Source of the DNA: Macrostomum lignano
Lineage: Eukaryota
Assembly: GCA_002269645.1 (NCBI GenBank)
Contig: NIVC01000104.1
Span: 496,001 to 560,000, forward strand
Direction of reading: 5' to 3'
DNA: 64,000 bases
The notes beneath the pieces were generated by a model. The model worked only from the letters and a program-made list of their open reading frames with translations. It was not told the origin of the DNA and ran no database searches. Numbering within the stretch: the stretch's first letter is position 1; every line of letters starts with the position of its first letter. Positions 48,585 to 61,911 of this stretch are shown one piece after another. The translations under genes and the position numbers were made by a program.

Positions 48585-48643
48585 TAAAAGCTTGAAAAGA
48601 ATATAAAAATTCACTACTTGCGCTACTTACAGTAGCTTAATAA

Positions 48644-48964
<321 letters not shown>

Positions 48965-48984
48965 TAAGATTAGATAAGGGCTAA

Positions 48985-49265
48985 GCGGAGTGGGGTGGGT
49001 GCTAGGCGGAGTGGGGTGGGTGCTAGGCGGAGTGGGTGGGTGCTAGGTGGAGTGTGGTGGGTGCTAGGCTAGGCGGAGTGGGGTGGGTGCTAGGTGGAGT
49101 GGGGTGGGTGCTAGGCGGAGTGATGTGGGTGCTAGGTGGAGTGGGTGGGTGTTAAAAGATAGCTGGCTAGGCGGGTGGGGTGGGTGTTAAAAGTCAGTGG
49201 CCTTGGCAGAGTGGGGCGGGTGTTAAACAGACAGCTGTGAGAAAGTGTGCTAGGCGGAGTGGGAT
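48985..49265. repeat. G-rich approximately 20-bp repeat (GGGTGGGTGCTAGGCGGAGTG), reverse-complementary to the 49648-50738 array
   Basis: Directly visible in ELAV intron 4. Confidence 0.9.
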
Positions 49266-49352
49266 ACAACAGGTCAGCTGTTAGTATGTGCTATTCAATA
49301 TATTAAATGCTAGGCTCTATCTATTAAATCCCTTGAACTCGTCATGACATAG

Positions 49353-49643
49353 GTACACCCCGCTAGAAGGTTGCGCAGTTCCCGTGCGAGCTCTCGCCTC
49401 AACTCTGGCCGCTGCTGCCGCGGCCGCCCCGACAGGCCCCACAGGTCGTCCGTTGACCGTCGGCACCCCGGCGTCAGCTGCGGCCGCCGCAGCCGCAGCA
49501 GCAGCAGCCGCCGCCTTCACAGGGCAGTCATTGTGCCCGGTTGTGTCCTTGGCCACCGCGCCCGCGCCCACTGTATTAACTGGCGCCCCGGCTGGCGCTT
49601 TACACTCGGCACCAGCCTCAGCTTTTGCCGCTGGATATGGCGG
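49353..49643 (+). CDS. ELAVL: ELAV/Hu-family protein, exon 5 (Ala-rich hinge), 291 nt, phase 2-2
   Basis: CATAG|G acceptor gives R|YTPL, matching the ELAV hinge R-F/Y-S-P; poly-Ala coding sequence; donor CGG|GTAAGA. Confidence 0.82.
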
Positions 49644-49647
49644 GTAA

Positions 49648-50738
49648 GACTGGCCTTTAACGCCCACCCCACTCCGACTAGACTACTGACTTTTAACACC
49701 CACCCCACTGCGCCTAGACCATTGACTTTTAACACCCACCCCACTCCGCCTAAACCACTGACTTTTAACACCCACCCCACTCCGCCTAGACCACTGACTT
49801 TTAACACCCACCCCACTCCGCCTAGACCACTGACTTTTAACACCCACCCCACTCCGCCTAGACCACTGACTTTTAACACCCACCCCACTCCGCCTAGACC
49901 ACTTACTTTTAACACCCACCCCACTCCGCCTAGACCACAGATTTTTAACACACCCTACTCGGCTTAGACCACTGACTTTTAACACACACCCCACTCCGCC
50001 TAGACCACTGATTTTTAACACACACCCTACTCGGCTTAGACCACTGACTTTTAACACACACCCCACTCCGCCTAGACCACTGACTTTTAACACACACCCC
50101 ACTCCGCCTAGACCACTGATTTTTAACACACACCCTACTCGGCTTAGACCACTGACTTTTAACACACACCCTACTCCGCCTAGACCACTGACTTTTAACA
50201 CCCACCCCACTCCGCCTAGACCACTGACTTTTAACACACACCCTACTCCGCCTAGACCACTGACTTTTAACACCCACCCCACTCCGCCTAGACCACTGAC
50301 TTTTAACACCCACCCCACTCCGCCTAGACCACTGATTTTTAACACCCACCCTACTCCGCCTAGACCACTGATTTTTAACACCCACCCCACTCCGCCTAGA
50401 CCACTGATTTTTAACACCCACCCCACTCCGCCTAGACCACTGATTTTTAATACCCACCCCACTCCGCCTAGACCACTGATTTTTAACACCCACCCCACTC
50501 CGCCTAGACCACTGATTTTTAACACCCACCCTACTCCGCCTAGACCACTGATTTTTAACACCCACCCCACTCCGCCTAGACCACTGATTTTTAACACCCA
50601 CCCTACTCCGCCTAGACCACTGATTTTTAACACCCACCCCACTCCGCCTAGACCACTGATTTTTAACACCCACCCCACTCCGCCTAGACCACTGATTTTT
50701 AATACCCACCACGCCCCGCCTAGCCAGATATCTTTAAA
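49648..50738. repeat. Minisatellite, 39-bp unit CCACTGACTTTTAACACCCACCCCACTCCGCCTAGA-type
   Basis: Directly visible in ELAV intron 5. Confidence 0.95.
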
Positions 50739-50810
50739 GACCAACCGAACTCTGCGTTACAAATTTATGTCAATTACACCCTATATTTCTCCCCATTCTT
50801 TTAATTTCAG

Positions 50811-50826
50811 TGCTCTGGATCTACAA
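50811..50826 (+). CDS. ELAVL: ELAV/Hu-family protein, candidate 16-nt microexon (G-ALDLQ)
   Basis: Strong acceptor CCCCATTCTTTTAATTTCAG and donor CAA|GTGAGT; converts phase 2 to phase 0, which is needed to reach the polyQ frame of the last exon. Confidence 0.65.
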
Positions 50827-50906
50827 GTGAGTTCGTTGAGCCGTGTCTGACAGATTCCTCTATAACAATGCTCCCCTGTCTGATAGCTGATCCCTCTATC
50901 TAACAG

Positions 50907-51161
50907 GTTTCAATCCCCATCATTCCTTCGCTCCAACCTCTCCAGTTACCCGCAGCCTACGCTGCAGGCTCGTGGCCATCTGCCGCTCCAATGCTCGCTC
51001 CCTACATTGTCTGCAAGACAGGTCAGCCAGCAGCTGTCAGCGGCATTGCTGAGCACAGCGGCGCTGGCAACAGTTCCGGCGTGAGCGCCGGCGGACTCTA
51101 CAGCAACTCAGCTGCCGAATTTTTAGCTCATCTCTATCCCGCCTGCTCACCGCATTCAATC

Positions 51162-51193
<32 letters not shown>

Positions 51194-51230
51194 ATTCTTA
51201 GATCCATGGGCCACCGCTCAGTTTATGTAG
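50907..51230 (+). CDS. ELAVL: ELAV/Hu-family protein, terminal exon (low-complexity, polyQ; no RRM3)
   Basis: Acceptor CCCTCTATCTAACAG|G; phase-0 frame VSIPIIPS...QQQQQQQQQQQFLDPWATAQFM* ends at 51230; an alternative frame ends at TGA 51082-51084. With all 7 exons the CDS is 1491 nt (496 aa). Confidence 0.75.
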
Positions 51231-52689
51231 CTTGAAATGCATATCACAATAATTCATTTAGCTTAGCTCACTAGGTGTCACTTACCACTCCCTCCGAGTT
51301 CGAATCGAATTAATGCACAGTTGTTATTTAATGCATGCTTTATTTAATTCCTCACTGTGTAGTGTAGCACAGTGCCGCCACTGTCCTTCTGGAGGTGGGG
51401 GTCAATTCAGGTCACGCAATGCCTTTTTGAAGGTCAATTCAGGTCATGCAGGGTCATTTTAGGTCACATTATAAAATATCACTGTCCTTCTGAAGGTTAT
51501 TTGAGGTCACGCATTCTGGAGGGTCAATTGAGGTCACGCAATGCCCCTGTCTATATGATGGGTTATTTCAGGTCAAATGCCCATGTGTCAATGAGAGGAC
51601 ATTTAAGGTCAATTCTATAATTTTCTTGCATTCATAGTGTGCACTTTTAATTAATCAAATCGAGTACTTATTCTTGTCTTGCCTTTCCAGCTTGCACAAT
51701 TTACTCTATGCATAATTTGCTGTACAGGGGCAGCAGGTTGTTAGTGCAAGCTTATTATTTCATTGCCATAGCATTGAGTGCACTTGCACTTGTACATGCG
51801 TCAAGTTCATTTGTCCATAGGAAAGCGAACAAATACACAAAAGATAAGCTAATTCAGTCAGTATCTAAGCTTTCTATAAAGACGGTCTTGTTGCCTATTC
51901 TGCAAGTGTTATTCTTCAACTACTTTGAGTAGTGCTAACACGAAAAAAATCGTGTCGCGAGCGAACCAAGCCCCTTTAATTTGATTTTCTCAGAAGAAGA
52001 AAAATTGAATGCACAGTTTGTGCGTTTTTTTTAATTGCGACTCTGTTCCTATCGGTTTGTTGCTGTTTAAGTTTTCTTTTAGTTTCAATATCGTTCTGTT
52101 CGTGTATGAATTCTTATCCTGTTTTTCATCCGCTTTTTTGGTTTTTGGTGTCCGGAATGAGCTTGCTTATTGCACTACTTACCCCGGCTTTGGCAAGTGA
52201 GTAGTGCGAAACGCGAATTATCCAATTATAATCATAGTTTAAGTATATAATCTCAGTTATTTTCTGTTCAGTTAATTTTTGTTTAATATCCATTTGGCAG
52301 GCCAATACGCCTGGATTATAAGACTGTTACTAATTTTATAAAATAGTTTGTCGCCGGAACTAAGCAAGCACAACTTCATTTTTACAAGTACAAATTAATA
52401 GTTAGCTACTATATGCTTTTTGTTGAGCTAAATTGGGCTTGGCGTTAATCGAATTTAATTGTAATGTTTTATGGCTGTTTATTGTTTAATGTTGTCTCAT
52501 CACCAGCTTCAATGTTTAGTTTGGTTTTATTTTGTAATGCACTGTGAAATCCCACTGATTCCACAGTTGCTCACACGTATGTAATAATAAATCCTCTGTG
52601 TGTTGAAATCTTAGACACCAGCTCACCGTTATTGCCAGATCCTCATAACTGTCGCTGGTGACTTCCGATGGTGTCTTAGTGATGAGGTC

Positions 52690-53530
52690 AAGTGTCAGTG
52701 ATGGGGTCAAGTGTCTTAGTGAGGGGGTCAAGTATCTTAGCGAGGGGGTCAAGTGTCTTAGTGAGGGGGTCAAGTGTCTTAGTGAGGGGGTCAAAAGTGT
52801 CTTAGTAAGGGGGTCAAGTGTCTTAGTGAGGGGTCAAGTGTCTTAGTGAGGGGTCAAGTGTCTTAGTGAGGGGGTCAAGTGTCTTAGTGAGGGGTCAATT
52901 GTCTTAGCGAGGGGGTCAAAAGTGTCTTAGTGATGGGGTCAAGTGTCTTAGTGAGGGGGTCAAGTATCTTAGCGAGGGGGTCAAAAGTGTCTTAGTGATG
53001 GGGTCAAGTGTCTTAGTGAGGGGGTCAAGTATCTTAGCGAGGGGGTCAAAAGTGTCTTAGTGAGGAGGTCAAGTGTCTTAGTGATGGGGTCAAGTGTCTT
53101 AGTGATGGGGTCAAGTGTCTTAGTGAGGGGGTCAAGTGTCTTAGCGAGGGGGTCAAAAGTGTCTTAGTGAGGGGGTCAAGTGTCTTAGTGAGGGGGTCAA
53201 GTGTCTTAGCGAGGGGGTCAAAAGTGTCTTAGTGAGGGGGTCAAGTGTCTTAGTGAGGGGGTCAAGTGTCTAGTGAGGGGGTCAAGACCGCCAATAGGTG
53301 TTTAGTGAAGGGGTCAAGTGTCTTGTGACAGGGTCAAGGTGTCTTGCGAGGGGTCAAGGTATCTAATGAGAGGGTCAAGGTGTCTTGCGAGGGGTCAAGG
53401 TATCTAGTGAGAGGGTCAAGGTGTCTTTTATAGTTGTCAAGTGTCTGATGTGAAGGGTCGTGGTGCTACTTTGGGGTCAGGTATCTAGTGAGATTGGTCA
53501 TAGTAACTTGTCAAGGGGTCAAGGTATCTA
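52690..53530. repeat. Minisatellite, approximately 21-bp unit GGGGGTCAAGTGTCTTAGTGA
   Basis: Directly visible. Confidence 0.93.
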
Positions 53531-53805
53531 TAGAGTGGCGTTGGGTGGTGCAATATGTACACAGGTGCATGAGTAGCTATAGAAGAAAAAGCTCCAGCCA
53601 TATGCTCACTATGGAAGCACCGCGCGCTATGCAGGCAAAGGTTTGAGATCCAGCGAATGAGGATTCTTAAGTGTCAGATGCACTTTGCTCCAAGTTCATC
53701 ATTTTTTCTTTATGGTATTGAATTAGTTCAAACCCACGATGATTAGAGCTTCAATACAAATTAATTAAGCAAACGGCAATTGTATTTATGCTAATTAGAT
53801 TCTGC

Positions 53806-53819
53806 GTTTCCATGGCAAC
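53806..53819. promoter_or_regulatory. RFX X-box GTTTCCATGGCAAC
   Basis: Exact match to the canonical GTNNCCATGGNAAC X-box, about 470 bp upstream of the Ig-gene ATG. Confidence 0.6.
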
Positions 53820-54284
53820 GCGCGGTGTGTAGCTCAGCAAATATTGTGGAGAAAAAAGCCGCTATGGGTACCTGGAGTGGTGTGGCACTACTCCTAAATG
53901 GGGGATTAAGTTAAGTGCGCCTTCCATTCTGATGCAGTAATAACCAAGCCTAAAACAATATAAGGCATTAATAATTCACAGTCCTAGATTATGAAGTACC
54001 TGAGTCTCTACAATATAATTGCGTGCGTGTGGTTTTTTTCGGCATTCTATTTGTCTGTATGTAGCACCCCGCTGTGACTGCAATTGGCTAGCCCTGTTTG
54101 AGCTAGTAGGGCTTGGATTGGCTGTGCTCAGAAATATTAAGATCAACTCAACTTGGCCTCAGTTAGAGTATTGCTAGACTTTTGGCCTCATTTAATTCAA
54201 CGATTATTTTAAATGCTACAGGTGGACTCAAATTTAACTAGGAAAAGTTAGCTGGAAATGCTGGACTGAATATTTCTGATAGTT

Positions 54285-54348
54285 ATGGAGTATTGCTACA
54301 TGTTCTGTCTTCTGCTTCTGCTGCAGCCTCTTCTGGTGTCCTCCGTTG
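54285..54348 (+). CDS. Signal-peptide exon of a DPR/ZIG-8-like Ig-superfamily protein
   Basis: MEYCYMFCLLLLLQPLLVSSV followed by TTG|GTGAGT (phase 1), which joins in frame to the exon at 63162. Missed by the ORF track because it is short. Confidence 0.75.
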
Positions 54349-54379
54349 GTGAGTGCAGAACACTTGGCCAATATATTTG

Positions 54380-55500
54380 ACACCTGACTGACCCCTTGAA
54401 TAACTATTTATAGGCATTGATATTGACTCCTGACTGACCCCTTGAATAACTATTTATAGGCATTGATATTTGACCTCCCCTGACTGACCCCCTTAAATCA
54501 ATATATATAGGCCTCTATATTTGACTTTCACTGACTGACCCCCTTAAATCAATATATATAGGCCTATATATTTGACTTTCACTGACTGACCCCCTTAAAT
54601 CAATATATATAGGCCTCTATATTTGACCTTCACTGACTGACCCCCCCTTAAATCAATATATATAGGCCTCGATATTTGACCTCCCCTGACTGACCCCCTT
54701 AAATCAATATATATAGGCCTCGATATTTGACCTTCACTGACTGACCCCCTTAAATCAATATATATAGGCCTCGATATTTGACCTCCCTGACTGACCCCCT
54801 TAAATCAATATATATAGGCCTCTATATTTTACCTCCACTGACTGACCCCCTTAAATCAAAATATATAGGCCTCGATATTTGACCTCCCCTGACTAACTGA
54901 CCCGTTGAGTCACTATAGGCCGATATTTGACCTCCCCCTTAATTAATAATAAGTTTCACGTTGGCTTCCGCTGTCTGACTCGTTTAGATATTCATAATTA
55001 TGCTTCGAACTGACCTCCTCATTTCACCCCACCTTAGATAACTTGACCCGGAGTTGACCTCACTAACCTGACCCCCTCTAGATCATTATGTCTCAACTTG
55101 ACCCCTCCCCCTAGGTACTTATTCCTCAAGCTGACCACCTCTATCTGACCCCCCCCCCCCTAGATACTTATTCCTCAAGTTGACCTCCCCTATCTGACCC
55201 CCCTAGATACTTATTCCTCAAGCTGACCTCCTCTATCTGACCCCCCTAGATACTTATTCCTCAAGTTGACCTCCCCTATCTGACCCCCCTAGATACTTAT
55301 TCCTCAAGCTGACCTCCTCTATCTGACCCCCCTAGATACTTATTCCTCAAGTTGACCTCCCCTATCTGACCCCCCTAGATACTTATTCCTCAAGTTGACC
55401 TCCCCTATCTGACCCCCCTAGATACTTATTCCTCAAGCTATAACCTCCCTTGTGTGACCCCCCTAGACTTATTCCTTGAGTTGACCCCCATCTGACCCGT
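54380..55500. repeat. Two adjacent TTGACC/TGACCCC minisatellites (about 51-bp unit at 54380-54945; 43-bp unit at 55040-55500)
   Basis: Directly visible in intron 1 of the Ig gene. Confidence 0.9.
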
Positions 55501-56404
55501 CCCCAGAATACCAGACCTAGGTTACCTTCCTCATCGAAGACCCCTAAGATGCCTTAGATTCTTTTAGCTTCGAATTGACCTCTCTTTATCTGAACCCTCC
55601 CCCCACCTGTTGACCCCACCCCAAAGACAGCTGCTTGAGCATGCACGTACACCAGACCGTCTCACACTCCACGAATTCCTCACTCGATCGCTGCAATGTC
55701 TCTGTAGGCAGCCCGACCCCTGCAGCTCCTTACACGTGCATATATATGCTCACACACACATATTGCTCAATCACTGCAACTGCATGGCAACACCAGCAGC
55801 CCGCAGCAATAGAGTGACGCCTGCGATCGAGGCTCAAGAGGCTCATTCAAATTCCTGTCTCGCGCCTCAGTGAGTCCCAGGGGGGGGGGGGGGGCAGCGA
55901 TCCAGTAAGCCTAAAGGCACACATCGCTTTTTAGCATATCTATAGCGAGCCCGAGCCGCGTTCGTGGGATCTCAACTGCGCTAGGGGATATAAATTTCCC
56001 CGAAATTCTTGCCCCTAACCTCCTCCCGTCTCTAATTTGGTCCATGTGGCGCGTTGAGGCCATTCCCGGGCCATGCAACACCTCCTGTATGCCTGGTGCA
56101 ATCTCTCTCTCTCTCTCTCTCTCTCGCAAATTTTTTCACTACTTTTATGTGGACGTTACGAGTATTTTATATGCATATAAATCGTATTTCTTGGCAGCAT
56201 TTTGTTACAATTTATTATTATTATGCCTGCCTGAATGCCTGCCTGCCCAAATGCTGGTATTGTTTACTACACTCCTCCACGGATTGCCGGCATCTGATCT
56301 GGTTTTGGTGACCATCCTATCGCTGTGTGTCTTCTACATGTACATGTATTCATGTATTGTGTATTGCCTATCCTCTATTTACTATGTCGGCTTTTCTTTC
56401 ACTT

Positions 56405-57030
56405 ACCCTTCTCTCATATCTCCCCTAGCTCTCTCCCATCTCCCCTCTCTCCCATCTCTCTTCCCTTTCATCTCCCTCTCTCGTCTCCCCTTCTCTCCCA
56501 TCTCCCCCTCTCCCATCTTTCTTCCCTTCCATCTCCCTCTCTCATCTCCCCTCTCTCCCATCTCTCTTCCCTTTCATCTCCCTCTCTCATCTCCCCTCTC
56601 TCCCATCTGTCTTCCCTTCCATCTCCCTCTCTAATCTCCCCTTCTCTCCCATCTCCCCTCTCTCCCATCTCTCTTCCCTTTCATCTCCCTCTCACATCTC
56701 CCCTTCTCTCCCATCTCCCCTCTCTCCCATCTCTCTTCCCTTCCATCTCCCTCTCACATCTCCCCTTCTCTCCCATCTCCCCTCTCTCCCATCTCTCTTC
56801 CTTTTCATCTCCCTCTCTCATCTCCCCTTCTCTCCCATCTCCCCTCTCTCCCATCTCTCTTCCCGTTCATCTCCCTCTCTCATCTCCCCTTCTTTACCAT
56901 CTCCCCTCTCTCCCATCTCTCTTCCCTTCCATCTTCCTCTCGCATCTCCCCTTCTCTCCCATCTCTCTTCCCCTTCATCTCCCTCTCGCATCTCCCCTTC
57001 TCTCCCATCTCCCCTCTCTCCCATCTCCTG
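56405..57030. repeat. CT-rich low-complexity array
   Basis: Directly visible. Confidence 0.9.
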
Positions 57031-57564
57031 TTATTATCTCAGTCTTCTATAAGCTCTCTTTAATTGATTCAAACCTCAGCAAAACACTTTTAGCCTCTTC
57101 ACTTTTTAGGTAATTAAATTTTACTTAAATAATTGATGAGTTGGTCATTAAATCTGTCAAGTCAACAATGCTTTCCTTCATTAATTCGAGTGGCTATTGC
57201 CCGTAGGTAGGTTAATGCTAATGCAATAACTATGAAAATGAATTTGATTATGAAAGACGAATGCCAACACTCTGTAGGAAAATTTCCAACATTCACTAGT
57301 AAGAAAAGTCAATGCAGTGGGCTTGAGCAAACACAACAGTTAGCAAAGCTTTTCACTTTGGGAAAAAATCCCAAAATATTTCTGAATGATCCACTCAAAA
57401 GTTTCTTAAGACGCAGCTGTGTCTGTCTGCCTTTCACTCCTCTGTTGCCCTTGGCTTGGTTTCGCCTCTTGCCGTGGCGTTTTTTATCTCGATCTCTCAC
57501 TTTGACAGCTGCTCTGGGTTTGCTTAACTGATTAATGCTCAGTGTTGGGGTTTTAATTAGGTTG

Positions 57565-59280
<1,716 letters not shown>

Positions 59281-59737
59281 CTTCCCATGCTCTCTCCTCC
59301 CCACCCTCTCTTTCATTCACTCTTCTCTCTCATTTTTCCTTCTTGGCCTCTGCTTGCTGTAAGCTTAAACTATCTCCACCCAACTCAGCTTTTACGCTCA
59401 CCCACATCATATCTCCTGCACTCCAAATTCGAAATTCCCTAACCGACCTCATCGTTCTCAAAAGATCTCGCCCTCTTGAGAGCGAAATCATCACTCCCTG
59501 CCCGTCTCCATTAGTTCAACGGCGCAGTTCCTTTAAAATCTTTGATCCCATGGGCAGTCCTGTGGGAAATCGCTCTAAATGGAGTGTCAAGCACGTGTCA
59601 TACGGGTCTGCGAACTACATGTACCAGTTCATGAATTTTGCAAAAATTTTCCGGGATAAAATTCTGATTAAAGAAAATATATTTGTTCAATTTCAATTAG
59701 CGTCAGTTGTATAATGTACGATGATTGAGGTTAGAAC

Positions 59738-60474
59738 AGTCAGTCAGTCAGTCAGTCAGTCAGTCAGTCAGTCAGTCAGTCAGTCAGTCAGTCAGTCAGT
59801 CAGTCAGTCAGTCAGTCAGTCAGTCAGTCAGTCAGTCAGTCAGTCAGTCAGTCAGTCAGTCAGTCAGTCAGTCAGTCAGTCAGTCAGTCAGTCAGTCAGT
59901 CAGTCAGTCAGTCAGTCAGTCAGTCAGTCAGTCAGTCAGTCAGTCAGTCAGTCAGTCAGTCAGTCAGTCAGTCAGTCAGTCAGTCAGTCAGTCAGTCAGT
60001 CAGTCAGTCAGTCAGTCAGTCAGTCAGTCAGTCAGTCAGTCAGTCAGTCAGTCAGTCAGTCAGTCAGTCAGTCAGTCAGTCAGTCAGTCAGTCAGTCAGT
60101 CAGTCAGTCAGTCAGTCAGTCAGTCAGTCAGTCAGTCAGTCAGTCAGTCAGTCAGTCAGTCAGTCAGTCAGTCAGTCAGTCAGTCAGTCAGTCAGTCAGT
60201 CAGTCAGTCAGTCAGTCAGTCAGTCAGTCAGTCAGTCAGTCAGTCAGTCAGTCAGTCAGTCAGTCAGTCAGTCAGTCAGTCAGTCAGTCAGTCAGTCAGT
60301 CAGTCAGTCAGTCAGTCAGTCAGTCAGTCAGTCAGTCAGTCAGTCAGTCAGTCAGTCAGTCAGTCAGTCAGTCAGTCAGTCAGTCAGTCAGTCAGTCAGT
60401 CAGTCAGTCAGTCAGTCAGTCAGTCAGTCAGTCAGTCAGTCAGTCAGTCAGTCAGTCAGTCAGTTAGTCAGTCA
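59738..60474. repeat. Near-perfect (CAGT)n microsatellite, about 180 units
   Basis: Directly visible. Confidence 0.98.
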
Positions 60475-60825
60475 GCGCATTGCATGCTCAGCCGCTTGAG
60501 TAAGCAAAGTATGATTGAATGTAAACAGTACCTGCCCCCCTATACCCGCCGCTGAGGTTGACTCAATGTGATGAAGTGGAAGAGAGTTTGAGCAATGGAC
60601 TCAATTGAATGAGTGGAGACCGGCTCTCTTTAAAAATATCTTTGCCCACCGCATCGACACTTGCGCAGTGCTGTGTCTGGCTGTCTAGCCATAGCAGTGG
60701 CGAATCTGCTGTTGCTTTTACATCTCAGACTAGCAAACCAAAAAGCACAGGAAATGTATAAAAAAACTTGGCAAAGTGCAGGTGCAAAGGTGGAAATGAG
60801 ACGGTGAAAATGGAAAGATTGAAGT

Positions 60826-61475
60826 TGAAGGACAGGTGAAGGGAGAGGACAGGTGTGAAAGGGAGAGGACATGTGAAGGGGGAGAACAGGTGCAGGGAGA
60901 GGACATGTGAAGGGAGAGGACAGGTGCAGGGAGAGAACATGTGAAGGGAGAGAACAGGTGCAGGGAGAGGACAGGTGAAGGGAGAGGACAGGTGAAGGGA
61001 TAGGACAGGGGAAGGGAGAGGACAGGTGAAGGAAGAGCACAGATGCAGGGAGAGGACAGGTGAAGGGAGAGAACAGGTGCAGGGAGAGGACAGGTGAAGG
61101 GAGAGGACAGGTGAAGGGATAGGACAGGGGAAGGGAGAGAACAGGTGCAGGGAGAGAACATGTGAAGGGAGAGAACAGGTGCAGGGAGAGGACAGGTGAA
61201 GGGAGAGGACAGGTGAAGGGATAGGACAGGGGAAGGGAGAGGACAGGTGAAGGAAGAGCACAGATGCAGGGAGAGGACAGGTGAAGGGAGAGGACAGGTG
61301 AAGGGATAGGACAGGGGAAGGGAGAGGACAGGTGAAGGGAGAGGACAGATGCAGGGAGAGGACAGGTGAAGGGAGAGGACAGATGCAGGGAGAGCACAGA
61401 TGCAGGGAGAGGACAGATGCAGGGAGAGGACAGATGAAGGGAGAGGACAGATGCAGGGAGAGCACAGATGAAGGG
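60826..61475. repeat. Purine-rich minisatellite, 17-bp unit GGGAGAGGACAGGTGAA
   Basis: Directly visible. Confidence 0.93.
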
Positions 61476-61911
61476 ATGAAGGGAACGGACACATCGAATT
61501 GGACCAGAGTGCCGCGGTACCGCAGTGTGAAGAGTGCATGAATAGAACAGAAGAACGTGAATATTCAAGCGGGCAGAGTTGGCGCAGCAGAGATAAATCA
61601 GTGTCTGGGCTGGACCAGTCGAGCATAAAATGACTGAGAATTTGATTGCAGCAGTGCTAAGAATCGAGTCAATCTTTGGCTGCATGCACTTCAAGTGGCT
61701 GAGAGGGAAAAGCAATCCCATCTTAGAAAGGAGTGTGAGAAGCTGGATAAGGTACTCGAAAGTATTGTCGAGAAAGATCTTGACCTCGCCTCCGCTTTCA
61801 ATTTTTTGTAGCGAGACTCAAGTCTTTTTAAGTTTTGTTCTTTCAATCAAATTTCACTTTAGCACTGTTAGACTTTTCTAAGAATAAGAAAATATTTTTC
61901 TTTTTTAGCAA

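Noticed and set aside
60560-61860. Unique GC-moderate segments flanking the 17-bp array, with a hydrophobic stretch (CLAIAVANLLLLL) resembling a signal peptide
   Set aside because: No in-frame ATG or usable donor; the exon at 54285 explains the Ig gene's N-terminus better.
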